NCBI GenBank assembly: GCA_017471785.1
Contig: JAFURP010000039.1
Coordinates: 6,189 to 70,188, forward strand
Direction of reading: 5' to 3'
Origin: Clostridia bacterium
GTDB lineage: Bacteria > Bacillota > Clostridia > Christensenellales > Borkfalkiaceae
Length of the DNA stretch: 64,000 bases
Shown here: piece after piece, positions 28,801 through 36,905 of the stretch
How positions within the stretch are numbered: position 1 is the first letter of the stretch
Layout: each line of letters begins with the position of its first letter
The notes under the pieces: model-generated
What the model saw: the letters and a program-made list of their open reading frames with translations, nothing else
The model's database searches: none
Told to the model about the DNA's origin: nothing
Program-made: the position numbers and the translations under genes

Positions 28801-29299
28801 CTTGAAGCTGCGCGTGCTGGAAGCGTATGAAGGCTTATGCGCAAGCGCGGAGGTCGATACGAGCCTGCTGTCGGTAGATAAGCTGACGGAAATCTTGTCT
28901 AATCCCGCGTTTTACGCTTTGCGCGATAAACGGCTGTATAAAGAACGGCAGTTCTTGGTGTCGTTGCCCGTTCGCGACACCTACGCGCAAACGGAAGCGT
29001 GGCGGGGCAAGTTCCCGAACGAGAACGACGGTGAGGAAATGCTTTTTCAAGGCGCGATCGACCTGCTCGCCGTCGGGGAAAACGAGGTGCATATCATTGA
29101 TTATAAATACTCGGTAAAGGACGCGGAGCGGTTAAAACGCGATTATGCGCCACAGCTCGATCTATATCGACGGACAACGGCGAAAATACTCGGCTTGGAC
29201 GAGTCGAAAGTGCGTTGCTCGATCGTGAATATCTATCGCGGTTTTCAAGTAGATATGGATCAAATCGACGAAAATCCCTCAAAAACGACGAAAAAATAA
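25832..29299 (+). CDS. addA: ATP-dependent helicase/nuclease AddAB subunit AddA (UvrD-like)
   Basis: The start was trimmed to ATG 25832 (AAGGAGG RBS; overlaps the addB stop). Motifs: SASAGSGKT, FVDEYQD, GDVKQSIYGFRG, TMHSSKGLEYPVV, YVALTRA, and the C-terminal nuclease GAIDLL...IIDYKYS. Confidence 0.9.
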   Translation: MSDRFTKEQTAALNAAGKTIVSASAGSGKTTVMIEKIIRLIKDGCSVKEILAVTFTKKAASQMKEKLSKALITAINDPETPKARRTELKKQLGEVPNADISTIHSFCSRLIRTNFYAAGVDNGFRVINGDDAEGAALKNEAITELLDEGYEEKDEAFMLLLDVYWRKKSDNTLRGILLSTYEALRNRADYIEYLQGADACNESTFDSICADLHALLKEKCAYYLELAEEERAYFEGVQAKAQLALSTELIESLNAVLRTENYFRACALQKGKYTANRTSKKDTPEKLLHAEKLGELKKKIVKIYDEEFADTLSYEEELQNFLSAGRVAAALGKYILRFDEKYAALKKERGVLDYADLEHKALALLKDEEIATETRKKYRYVFVDEYQDVNPVQEEIVSLVADENLFLVGDVKQSIYGFRGSKSKFFVEKQKQYERGEGQSLLMKRNFRSSDAVLDAVNKQFSLAMTPRSCEVDYAVDSYMERGGRYAVNDGRVQVHFLGEEEKSEKNAERGIYSVREQASKQVREESLAARTIRHIIEQERSSKWYDPDIGEYRRVRYSDIAVLSRKKQGQIAKTVAALAAEGIPVTASAAVNICDYAEIKTLIDILSLLDNAEQDVPLCSALLSAMGDFNADELVDIRLAYKAEKFFRNACKKYAAEKTGVIAHKLRRFYDRYDRFRRLSCVMDAGELLIKLVSDFRMEARLLSRDNGVSCLKRIHRFIEEAYTPEPLCVHEFLERLRDLDHKIEFSENGGEDSVRILTMHSSKGLEYPVVILDNLNAPFRGVVYDEVFAEEKYALAPRAYDREKMTKRETLLRRLHQRREAASGRADELNLYYVALTRAKYSLHMVFKEKTAFPDVRYARSFADFTDFSVWENYEVKDEIFDIPKQERTALAFRPDEALAKEIMDAFLWQYAHSGYENLPVKSSATALLSSAHTVLQAETAAPVLDEVEDYAAGGTSKEAGIAYHAFLEKFDFSQLYDGEGNAVDRATLKLRVLEAYEGLCASAEVDTSLLSVDKLTEILSNPAFYALRDKRLYKERQFLVSLPVRDTYAQTEAWRGKFPNENDGEEMLFQGAIDLLAVGENEVHIIDYKYSVKDAERLKRDYAPQLDLYRRTTAKILGLDESKVRCSIVNIYRGFQVDMDQIDENPSKTTKK

Positions 29300-29355
29300 A
29301 AAAAGAGAGCTTTCCTTTCGGACATAGTTAATAGGCTTGAAAGGAGGCTCTTTTT

Positions 29356-30012
29356 ATGTGGTTGGAAAGAATATGGCAGAGCGTTTACGCTTGGCTTTTT
29401 TACGAAAACAGAGCGTTGACGGCGATCTTTTTCGTCGCGCTTGGCGCGCTGTCCGTAGCGGCGTTCGTGGGATATTCCTGTAAAAGCGTGGGCGCGTACG
29501 CGGCGCTTGCGGCGACGATAGGGGGTGGCAGTTGGCTCGTTGCCTCTCTTTGCGGCGTTTCCCTAAAGGCAGCGGGGCGGTGTATCGCGGTGTTGTGCGT
29601 GTACGGCGGCTTGTCCTATCTCGTTCTATTGCTTTTGTGTTCCGTGAAAGGAAAAATAAAGAAGCGCCGCGAAGCGCGCGCCAAGATCGAGCGGAAATTA
29701 CAATTTACCTTGCCGGACAGCGAAAATTCTTTCGTTCGAGCTCGCTTGAATACCGTTTTGAAACCAACGGATACGGAGGACGGACAACAAGAAACGCTGC
29801 CGGCGCAGGAGCTTAAGATCTCTTATGCGCGGCAATTATTGACAAGATTAAAGGAAACCCAGCTCTCCACCGCGGATAGATTAAAGACGGACGAGCTGGC
29901 AGGGCTTATCAGCGTATATATGAGCAAGGACGGTTGGACGGCGAACGACCTACGCGCGTTGAACGACGCTTTTTCGGGCGTGCTGAAGCTTTCCGCAAAA
30001 TATTCCGTATGA
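29356..30012 (+). CDS. membrane protein of unknown function
   Basis: 218 aa with about four N-terminal TM helices and a charged helical C-terminal half. The RBS is GAAAGGAGG. Confidence 0.6.
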   Translation: MWLERIWQSVYAWLFYENRALTAIFFVALGALSVAAFVGYSCKSVGAYAALAATIGGGSWLVASLCGVSLKAAGRCIAVLCVYGGLSYLVLLLLCSVKGKIKKRREARAKIERKLQFTLPDSENSFVRARLNTVLKPTDTEDGQQETLPAQELKISYARQLLTRLKETQLSTADRLKTDELAGLISVYMSKDGWTANDLRALNDAFSGVLKLSAKYSV

Positions 30013-30013
30013 G

Positions 30014-30577
30014 TTATTTTACGCCGAAGGGCGCAAGGGATAGAGTGAGCTTGATCAAACGGTTTTTTTGAATTGCTGCGCGCAAAACGGGCTTGGTTAC
30101 CAAGCTTGCGTTATTTTTGGAAACGTCCCCGACGAGGTGGGCAGGTATGCGTTGACCGAGCGGATAGGGCTGTTTTTTACGCAAAATAACGGCGTCCGCG
30201 CAGGCGGCGATCGCGCTCGCTATATACGCGCCGTTTTCGGTGATAAGACGCGTAAGGGCAAGGCTTTCCACTTGGATATTCGAGAGGGTACCGCAAAATA
30301 CGCCCGATTCGCTGTAAACGGGCATACCGAGCAAAAGCTTAGCGCAGCCCTTGGGTAAAACGGGGCGCAGGGAGGTCAAAACGACCCTGTCGTTTTCCAC
30401 GCTTTCGACGGAAGAAGCTTTTACGACGAAATCCGTTTGCGAAGTGGAATCGTCGAGGGAGCATAACAAATATTTGACGGTAAAATTTTTGAGAGAAATA
30501 CCGACGCCCACGCAAACGCCGCGTCGGACGTTTTTTGTGTAGACGGGATTGCCGATAATATTTTGAAGCTGCAACAT
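30014..30577 (-). CDS. PRC-barrel domain protein (YlmC/YmxH-like, two repeats)
   Basis: The ORF 30014..30892 was trimmed to ATG 30577 because its upstream part overlaps tRNA-Gln and that gene's promoter and terminator. The two halves share a G.PVY...G...G.L pattern (IGNPVYTKNVRRGVCVG and LGMPVYSESGVFCGTL), as in PRC-barrel proteins. Confidence 0.55.
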   Translation of the reverse strand: MLQLQNIIGNPVYTKNVRRGVCVGVGISLKNFTVKYLLCSLDDSTSQTDFVVKASSVESVENDRVVLTSLRPVLPKGCAKLLLGMPVYSESGVFCGTLSNIQVESLALTRLITENGAYIASAIAACADAVILRKKQPYPLGQRIPAHLVGDVSKNNASLVTKPVLRAAIQKNRLIKLTLSLAPFGVK

Positions 30578-30699
30578 ATAGACCTCGTATAATAAATAGG
30601 ATTGATAAAATAATAAAACGGAACGGAGCGCGAAAAACGAGAGGTTAGGGCATTTTTTACCGAAAAATGAAAAAAGTTCGGAAAAGCCTATAAAAACGC

Positions 30700-30728
30700 T
30701 TGCCAAAAAGAAAAAAGTTTGATAAAAT
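30700..30728 (+). promoter_or_regulatory. sigma-A type promoter of tRNA-Gln
   Basis: TTGCCA (30700-30705), 17 nt, TAAAAT (30723-30728), with a TGn extended -10. It lies about 36 nt upstream of the mature tRNA 5' end. Confidence 0.5.
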
Positions 30729-30763
30729 AACGCAAGAAAAGAAACGATAGCTTCCATAAATAT

Positions 30764-30838
30764 TGGGGATTCGCCAAGCGGTAAGGCAACGGACTCTGAC
30801 TCCGTCATTCGGGTGTTCGAATCACTTATCCCCAGCCA
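30764..30838 (+). tRNA. tRNA-Gln (anticodon CUG), CCA encoded
   Basis: 75 nt folding as a cloverleaf: acceptor TGGGGAT/ATCCCCA, D arm GCC-AAGCGGTAA-GGC, anticodon arm ACGGA-CTCTGAC-TCCGT, T arm GGGTG-TTCGAAT-CACTT, discriminator G, then CCA. It closely resembles bacterial tRNA-Gln. Confidence 0.9.
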
Positions 30839-30876
30839 AAAATCGACAAGCTTCTGCCGAAGCTTGTCGATTTTTA
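30839..30876 (+). terminator. rho-independent terminator after tRNA-Gln
   Basis: 13-bp perfect stem ATCGACAAGCTTC-TGCC-GAAGCTTGTCGAT followed by TTTTT. Confidence 0.85.
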
Positions 30877-30880
30877 CTTT

Positions 30881-30908
30881 TTCACTCTTCACTCTTCACC
30901 TTTCACTA
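30881..30908 (+). repeat. four tandem heptamers (TTCACTC TTCACTC TTCACCT TTCACTA)
   Basis: Read directly from the sequence, immediately after the tRNA terminator in a non-coding region. Confidence 0.8.
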
Positions 30909-30958
30909 AAAACTTTTGCCGATTTTTGGCAAGTAATAGTGAATAGGTATCCGATGTA

Positions 30959-30990
30959 GCTTTTTGCTCTCAGCAAAAAGCATTTTTATT
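30959..30990 (+). terminator. second terminator-like hairpin downstream of tRNA-Gln
   Basis: 10-bp perfect stem GCTTTTTGCT-CTC-AGCAAAAAGC followed by ATTTTTATT. No CDS lies upstream of it. Confidence 0.45.
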
Positions 30991-31094
30991 ATACATGGGT
31001 TCAAGTCCATACGAAAACTACCCGAAATATCTTTTCCGTCCGCCTTTTTTCGTGTGTTCGCGATCTCGGTTAGCGACAAATATAACCTTTCTTT

Positions 31095-31964
31095 TTATCG
31101 ATCTTTATTGATTTTGCGGTATTCCGTGGGGGATACGCCGTGCATGCGCTTGAACAGCCGTAAAAAGTATTCGTATTCCCGATATCCCGACATATACGAA
31201 ACCTCCGTGATAGTGAAATTCGTGGTTAAAAGCAGTTCCTCGGCACGAGCCATTTTCAATTGGTTGATATAGCTTATAATAGACATTTTTTCGCTTTGCT
31301 TGAAGATACGGCACAGGTGCGAATGGGATATATGCATACAATCGCATAGATATTTCACGTTAAATTCAGGCTCTAAATATTTCATTTGCACGAAGTCTTT
31401 TACTTCTTCGATAAAGCTGCTCTCGTAGAAGAATTCGCGGTCGCTTTCCGTGTCCGTGACGGAATCCAAAAGTAAAAAAAACAGGGCGGTGACCTCAAAA
31501 TAAGAAATGGGTCTGCCGTTTTCTTTTTTTTGTAAAGCCGAAGCAAGCATAGAGGTTATTTTTTGCGGATGACGGCAACTTTTGACGGGGTTGGTATTCG
31601 AAAAATCGGGCGTGGTCTTATAATCGACGGCGCGTTCGCCGTCGAAAACGAAAAATACGTATTCCCAAGGATCGTTTTTATCGGGATAATAGGAAAAAGT
31701 ACATTCATTGTCAAGACAAAAGACGTCGTGGGGATTTATAGTAAATTTTTCCCCGTTTACGATAAGATATCCGTGTCCCGATACGACGAAATGCAAGGTG
31801 TACCGCCCCTGTTTGCGAGGGTAGGGCAAAGGGGAGATATAATGAAAGTTATGATATCCGATCAAATGTATGAAAAGATCTCGATCTTTCCGTTTTGAGC
31901 AAAAATGAAAAACCTCGGGTGTTTTGAGAAAATAAGTATTTTGTTCCATATAAGCATTATACAA
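31095..31964 (-). CDS. AraC-family transcriptional regulator (cupin sensor + HTH)
   Basis: 289 aa. The N-terminal cupin-like half is followed by a C-terminal AraC double HTH (LCDCMHISHSHLCRIFKQ ... ITEVSYMSGYREYEYFLRLFKRMHGVSPTEYR). It is divergent from the glycan locus. Confidence 0.85.
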   Translation of the reverse strand: MYNAYMEQNTYFLKTPEVFHFCSKRKDRDLFIHLIGYHNFHYISPLPYPRKQGRYTLHFVVSGHGYLIVNGEKFTINPHDVFCLDNECTFSYYPDKNDPWEYVFFVFDGERAVDYKTTPDFSNTNPVKSCRHPQKITSMLASALQKKENGRPISYFEVTALFFLLLDSVTDTESDREFFYESSFIEEVKDFVQMKYLEPEFNVKYLCDCMHISHSHLCRIFKQSEKMSIISYINQLKMARAEELLLTTNFTITEVSYMSGYREYEYFLRLFKRMHGVSPTEYRKINKDR

Positions 31965-32036
31965 AAGTAAAAAAGTTATGTCAAGAGATTTTTGAAAAAA
32001 TGATAAAAAAAACAGGTTTGACGAGAAAAAATACTA

Positions 32037-32065
32037 TTGTATATCGAAAGGATTGATGTTATAAT
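32037..32065 (+). promoter_or_regulatory. candidate promoter of the glycan-utilisation locus
   Basis: TTGTAT (32037-32042), 17 nt, TATAAT (32060-32065), with a TGn extended -10. It lies in the AT-rich divergent region shared with the AraC gene. Confidence 0.45.
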
Positions 32066-32110
32066 AAAATCATAAAATGCGAAAATGAAAACGCAAAAAG
32101 GAAGTAATCA

Positions 32111-33358
32111 ATGAAAGACAAGATCAAAATGGGCATAATCGGATTGGGTCAACGCGGCTGCGTTTTGCTTTGTACCGTGCTTGCCTGTGAAGAAGCGGAG
32201 GTAACGGCGCTGTGCGACGTTTACGAGGATAGACGGGAGCATTGTAAAAAGGGCGTGCAAGAAAAGCGCGGTACTACGCCTGCGCTGTATTCCGACTATA
32301 AACAGCTTATCGCGGACCCGAACGTGGACGCGGTGCTTATTTGCTCGTCGTGGGACGAACATATTCCCATGGCGATCGAGTGTATGCGCGCCGGCAAGAT
32401 CACGGCGCTTGAGGTGGGAGGCGCGTACGACGTGGAAGCCTGCTGGGAATTGGTACGCGTGTACGAGGAAACGAAAACGCCGATCATGATGATGGAAAAC
32501 TGTTGCTTTGACAGGTTCGAGCTGTTATCCACGAGCTTGGCAAGGGCGGGCAAGCTCGGCGAGGTCGTGCATTGTCACGGCGCGTACAGCCACGATCTTC
32601 GTACGGAGATCACGGGCGGTTACGTGAACCGTCACTATCGTTTGGATAATTACAGGACCCGCAACTGCGACAATTATCCCACGCACGGATTGGGTCCGAT
32701 CGCAAAGCTGCTCGATATCAACCGCGGCAATAAGATGCTGTCCTTGACCTCCGTTGCGAGTAAGGCGTCGGGGTTGGAGGAGTTCGCAAAGAGTAAAAAT
32801 TGTCCCGATCCGTCCTTGGTCGGCGTGCATTTTACACAAGGGGATATCGTTACGACGATGATCACGTGTGCAGGTGGGCAAACGATCACGCTTACGTTAG
32901 ACACCACGCTTCCCAAGTATTATTCTCGCGAATTTACCGTACGCGGCACGAAAGGGCTGTGCAACCAAGAGACAAATATGGTCTTTTTGGAAGAAACGCA
33001 TAACAGCCACGAATTTTACGACGTACATAAAACCATTCGAAAATATCTCGATAATGCAGACGAATACGACGAATATTTGCCCGACGTTTGGCGTAATATC
33101 ACGCCCGAAGAAAAAAGACTTGGACACGGCGGTATAGACTACTTGATGTTCAAGGCGTTTTTTAAGGCCGTATCAAACGGCGAGGAAATGCCCGTAGACG
33201 TTTACGACGCGGCCTCGTGGATGTGTATAACGGCGCTCACCGAGCAATCGATCAAACGCGGCGGCGAAGTACAGGCGATCCCCGATTTTACGAGAGGAAA
33301 ATGGATAAAGCGTAAGAGAAAGGACGTAACGCCGCTTCCCTGCGTGGAAAAAGAATAA
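32111..33358 (+). CDS. Gfo/Idh/MocA-family NAD-binding enzyme, GH109-like (candidate NAD-dependent glycosidase); no signal peptide
   Basis: Rossmann N-terminus MGIIGLGQRG. The blocks MMENCCF, HCHGAYSHDLR and DNYPTHGLGPIAKLLDINRG match, as I remember them, GH109 alpha-N-acetylgalactosaminidase-type proteins. Confidence 0.65.
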   Translation: MKDKIKMGIIGLGQRGCVLLCTVLACEEAEVTALCDVYEDRREHCKKGVQEKRGTTPALYSDYKQLIADPNVDAVLICSSWDEHIPMAIECMRAGKITALEVGGAYDVEACWELVRVYEETKTPIMMMENCCFDRFELLSTSLARAGKLGEVVHCHGAYSHDLRTEITGGYVNRHYRLDNYRTRNCDNYPTHGLGPIAKLLDINRGNKMLSLTSVASKASGLEEFAKSKNCPDPSLVGVHFTQGDIVTTMITCAGGQTITLTLDTTLPKYYSREFTVRGTKGLCNQETNMVFLEETHNSHEFYDVHKTIRKYLDNADEYDEYLPDVWRNITPEEKRLGHGGIDYLMFKAFFKAVSNGEEMPVDVYDAASWMCITALTEQSIKRGGEVQAIPDFTRGKWIKRKRKDVTPLPCVEKE

Positions 33359-33375
33359 AGCTACAAGGAGGATAT

Positions 33376-35691
33376 ATGATGAAAAAATACGTCGGTAAAA
33401 AGCTTTTGGTGACTACGTTGGCGGCGACGCTGGCGCTCTCCGCTATACCCAACGTTTTCAAAACCGCCTCCGCCGTTTCGGGCTTGCCCGAGGGAGCGAC
33501 GATAGGCGAATCGATATACGAGAACGATTTTTCCGCCTCGTCCACGCTTAACGGTTGGACGACGGACGGTATGGGAACGGGCTGGCAATGGAACGCCAAC
33601 CTCGGCTCGGTCAAGCTCCAAGACGACGGTTTGCGGATCGCGGCGGAGAAAGGCACGAAAACGGTCGCGCTTCCGGCGCTCGGCACGATCGATTACGCGT
33701 ATACGGCAACGATCAAGGTGTTGGGAGAGGGCGGCTCGTTCGGCTTGCTTGCCGATATGAAAAATCCCGCGACGGAAACGGAGAACGCCTTACACGCGCT
33801 CGTGTACGTAGGGAATACCACGGAATACGGCGTTTACCATTATAACCGCGTGGGGGAAATGCATTACACGCAAAAATACGATAATCCCGTAAAGCTGCTT
33901 GGCAAGGAAATAGCGCAAGGAAATACGTATACGTTGAGTCTTTATTGTATCGAAGGCACGTCGTATTTCTATATTAACGGAGCTTTCGTTTCCTCCAACG
34001 AATTGTATGCAGGCACGTCGGGCTTTGACGCTGTGGGCGTTTACGCGAGTGAAACGGAAATTTTAGTGACGAGCGTAGAAGTAAAAAAAGTCACGGTCGA
34101 GGGCTTATCGTACGCTATGTCTTTCGATGGCGCGACGGTGCGTTACGCGGATAAGGACGGCTACACGGAGGGGGAAAGCTCGTCGGGCTTGCGTTTCGTG
34201 GCAACGGTGGATAAAACGGACGACGATTATAAAAAAGCGGTGCAGGGCGGTACGTATTCGACGGATGATCAAAAAGTTAAGTTCGGTATGTTGCTTGTGC
34301 CCGAGGATCTACTCTCGGACGGGGAATATTTGACCAAGGATACCCCTTGGGCGTTAGACGTTCCTTTGACGAAGATCGCAAGCCAAACGGAGGACGCGAT
34401 CACGTTCACCTTATCCCTTTTGGATATTCCCAAAGAATACCTGACCCGTTATATTACCGCTCGTATGTATATGAAGATCAACGAGGGCGGAGAATGGAAA
34501 TACGTATATTCCAGAACGAGCTTATCCCGCAGTATGGTGGACGTAGGCAATAAATTCTACGAGGACACGAAGGACGAAGTCGTACGAGCGCGCCTTGACA
34601 AGATATTTACCGATTGCGCCGAATATTACGGCGGTACGGCGGCGCGCGTTACCTTTTCGCTCTTTTCCGATTTCCACTACATAGAGGGTACGTATATGTC
34701 GTCGATGGCGGATATGCAAGCCATTTTGGATAAAGCGTACGAAAACAAAGTGGATTTCATTATGCACGGCGGCGATTTTTGTAACAATTATAAAGGCTCG
34801 CCCGAGCTTTTCCAAACCTATCTCCAAAACAATTACGATATGCCCGCTTACGGCATTTACGGAAACCACGAGCTGGAATCAGGCGGAAACAGTATGCAGC
34901 TCGTAACCCCTCTTTTGACGAATAGAAACGACGAGGTCGTTTGGGGTACGGCGGACGGTAAGATAGGCGACGGCAGTATCGGATATTACTATTTCGACGT
35001 AAACGGGATCCGTATGATCTGTACGGATACGAATTATTCGTGGAACCCCACGACGCAGGTTTGGGAGCATAATTATACGGCAAGTCATAACAAACCCGAC
35101 GGCAACGAAAAGGGTAACGCGTTAGGACCCGTGCAATTGGCTTGGTTGAAGGAGGTGCTCAACGACGCGGCGGACAAGAAGATGTCTTGCGTAGTGTTGT
35201 CGCATCAAACGATGATTTCCGACTGGGCGTATACGCCCGACGGACCTGCGGTGCGCGCGTTGTTTAAGGAAGTGAACGACCGCGTCCCCGGGACGGTGCT
35301 TTTGGCGATCAACGGACATTTGCATACCAATCATCTCGTGCTGGAAGACGGGGTGTTGTATTTGGATATGAATACCGTACGGAACGGCTTTTGGATAAGC
35401 GGTCAAGAAGAATACCATTACGGAAACGAAACGTTCGAGATCGTTCGCTATAACGACGACGGCTCGGTAAAGGGCACGACGACGATGCTTATCGATAACC
35501 TTACGCAAGCGAAAAACACTTGGTTCTTTGCCGATCCGATGAGCGCGATCGTTACCGTTTCCAGCTCGGGCAGAGTGGAAATCCAAGGTATGGAAACGAC
35601 TTGGTTGGCAGGGATCGTACCACCCAACGACGGTCAAAACGGCGTAGAAACGAAAATTTCGAGCGGTGTGTACGATTTGCGTGCGTATTGA
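33376..35691 (+). CDS. secreted three-part protein: LamG/DUF1080-like jelly-roll, GA(S/T)VR...GLRF domain, calcineurin-like metallophosphoesterase
   Basis: A signal peptide ends at TASA. The C-terminal half carries the metallophosphoesterase motifs SDFH, HGGDF, GNHE, LSHQ and NGHLH. The N-terminal part has a W/G-rich LamG-like pattern (NGWTTDGMGTGWQW...DYAYTATIKV). Confidence 0.75.
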   Translation: MMKKYVGKKLLVTTLAATLALSAIPNVFKTASAVSGLPEGATIGESIYENDFSASSTLNGWTTDGMGTGWQWNANLGSVKLQDDGLRIAAEKGTKTVALPALGTIDYAYTATIKVLGEGGSFGLLADMKNPATETENALHALVYVGNTTEYGVYHYNRVGEMHYTQKYDNPVKLLGKEIAQGNTYTLSLYCIEGTSYFYINGAFVSSNELYAGTSGFDAVGVYASETEILVTSVEVKKVTVEGLSYAMSFDGATVRYADKDGYTEGESSSGLRFVATVDKTDDDYKKAVQGGTYSTDDQKVKFGMLLVPEDLLSDGEYLTKDTPWALDVPLTKIASQTEDAITFTLSLLDIPKEYLTRYITARMYMKINEGGEWKYVYSRTSLSRSMVDVGNKFYEDTKDEVVRARLDKIFTDCAEYYGGTAARVTFSLFSDFHYIEGTYMSSMADMQAILDKAYENKVDFIMHGGDFCNNYKGSPELFQTYLQNNYDMPAYGIYGNHELESGGNSMQLVTPLLTNRNDEVVWGTADGKIGDGSIGYYYFDVNGIRMICTDTNYSWNPTTQVWEHNYTASHNKPDGNEKGNALGPVQLAWLKEVLNDAADKKMSCVVLSHQTMISDWAYTPDGPAVRALFKEVNDRVPGTVLLAINGHLHTNHLVLEDGVLYLDMNTVRNGFWISGQEEYHYGNETFEIVRYNDDGSVKGTTTMLIDNLTQAKNTWFFADPMSAIVTVSSSGRVEIQGMETTWLAGIVPPNDGQNGVETKISSGVYDLRAY

Positions 35692-35706
35692 TGGGGGAAA
35701 CAAACT

Positions 35707-35901
35707 ATGAGAAAATTACTGATAACGTTTCTTGTAATCATGCTTTCGCTGCTTTGTTTGTGCGCTTGTAAGGATACGCCAGCGGTAGACGCTCCGCCGA
35801 GCACCGGCGAGCCGACCACGGAAAAGACGGGAGATCCAGAATTTCCCGAAAACGCTTTCGACGAGGATAACGAGGTTATTTATCCCGACGCGTGGAAGTG
35901 A
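35707..35901 (+). CDS. small acidic lipoprotein (64 aa)
   Basis: Signal peptide with lipobox (LCLCAC). The mature part is Pro/Glu/Asp-rich. The gene is tightly packed between the phosphoesterase and the ABC permease. Confidence 0.5.
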   Translation: MRKLLITFLVIMLSLLCLCACKDTPAVDAPPSTGEPTTEKTGDPEFPENAFDEDNEVIYPDAWK

Positions 35902-35921
35902 GCATTAAGGAGAGAAAACGA

Positions 35922-36890
35922 ATGGAAAACGAACAAGTCTTAACAAAACCGTATTCGGAGGATCCGTTGCCGACGCCGAAGAAGAAAAGCGCGATGAGTA
36001 ATAAACGCGCGGAAAGAATTTTCCTCTTTTTGATGCTTGCGTTGCCCTTATTGCAATGGCTGATCTTTTGGTTATACGTACACTTGGATTCTTTTATACT
36101 TGCTTTTCAAGATAAGAGGACGGGGGAATTTACCTTTCAAAACTTCGAAAAATTTTGGGAGATGCTCACTTCTCCCAAAGGCGAAATAAAGATCGCGTTG
36201 AAAAATACGTTGATATATTTCTCGACGGAAATTATCATTCTTTTGCCCGTAAGCTTATTACTCAGCTACTTTTTATACAAAAAGATATTGTTTTATAAAG
36301 GCTTTCGGGTCATCTTCTACCTGCCTGCGATCGTTTCCAGTATGGTAATGGTAGAAACGTATACGAGCTTTATTTCTCCCAACGGACCGATCGCCAAGCT
36401 CTTGGAGCTGTTCGGCGGCTCGATACCGCCCCAAGGCTTGCTGGCGAATGCAAGCACGGCGACTACGACGATCGTGGTGTATTGTATTTGGACGGGTTTT
36501 TGCGGCAACGTATTGTTGTTCGGTAGCGCAATGGCGCGTGTCCCTATGGAGATCTTGGAATCGGCGAGATTGGAGGGCTGCGGACCGTTCAGAGAGCTCG
36601 TTCAACTCATTCTTCCGCTGATTTGGCCGACGATGTCCACGCAAATCATATTTACTTGCACGGGTATTTTCAATTCGTCGGGACCGATCCTTTTGTTTAC
36701 GAACGGCGCGTACGAAACGGAAACGCTTGCGTTTTGGATATTTGCACAAATCTACGGCGGCGGTAAATACGGCGGCAGCGGTAATTACAATATCGTATCC
36801 GCGACGGGGTTGTGTTTCACGCTCGTCGGCGCACCGTTGATACTGTTTATTCGTTGGCTGTTCGATAAAATTCCAACGGTAGAATATTAA
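35922..36890 (+). CDS. carbohydrate ABC transporter permease (MalF/LplB-like)
   Basis: The start was trimmed to ATG 35922 (AAGGAGAG RBS). Six TM segments and the EAA-type loop LESARLEGCGPFRELVQLILP. Confidence 0.85.
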   Translation: MENEQVLTKPYSEDPLPTPKKKSAMSNKRAERIFLFLMLALPLLQWLIFWLYVHLDSFILAFQDKRTGEFTFQNFEKFWEMLTSPKGEIKIALKNTLIYFSTEIIILLPVSLLLSYFLYKKILFYKGFRVIFYLPAIVSSMVMVETYTSFISPNGPIAKLLELFGGSIPPQGLLANASTATTTIVVYCIWTGFCGNVLLFGSAMARVPMEILESARLEGCGPFRELVQLILPLIWPTMSTQIIFTCTGIFNSSGPILLFTNGAYETETLAFWIFAQIYGGGKYGGSGNYNIVSATGLCFTLVGAPLILFIRWLFDKIPTVEY

Positions 36891-36905
36891 AAGGAGGAAT
36901 GGATA

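Noticed and set aside
30010-30016. Convergent stop codons of the 29356 and 30014 genes separated by one nucleotide with no terminator, considered as a possible antisense-overlap regulatory arrangement.
   Set aside because: Tight convergent packing is common in compact genomes. There is no structure or conserved element to support a specific mechanism.
30578-30892. The upstream 105 codons of the 292-aa minus-strand ORF 30014..30892.
   Set aside because: This part runs antisense through tRNA-Gln, its promoter and its terminator in AT-rich non-coding DNA. The PRC-barrel-like sequence begins only at the internal ATG (30577).
30881-30908. A CRISPR-like or other repeat array.
   Set aside because: There are only four contiguous 7-nt units with no spacers. 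No other repeat-spacer structure exists in the window.
30950-31020. A possible second tRNA or pseudo-tRNA, suggested by a CTCTCAG loop with U33/R37-like positions and a GGGTTCAAGTCC T-arm-like fragment.
   Set aside because: The putative anticodon stem is 7-10 bp instead of 5. The T stem pairs only 4 bp with an 8-nt loop. No acceptor-stem complementarity or D arm could be found. It is kept only as part of the structured-intergenic observation.
30964-31272. A 102-aa plus-strand ORF between the tRNA region and the AraC gene.
   Set aside because: It starts with TTG inside a terminator-like hairpin and has no RBS. Its 3' half is antisense to the AraC gene, and the translation has no features.
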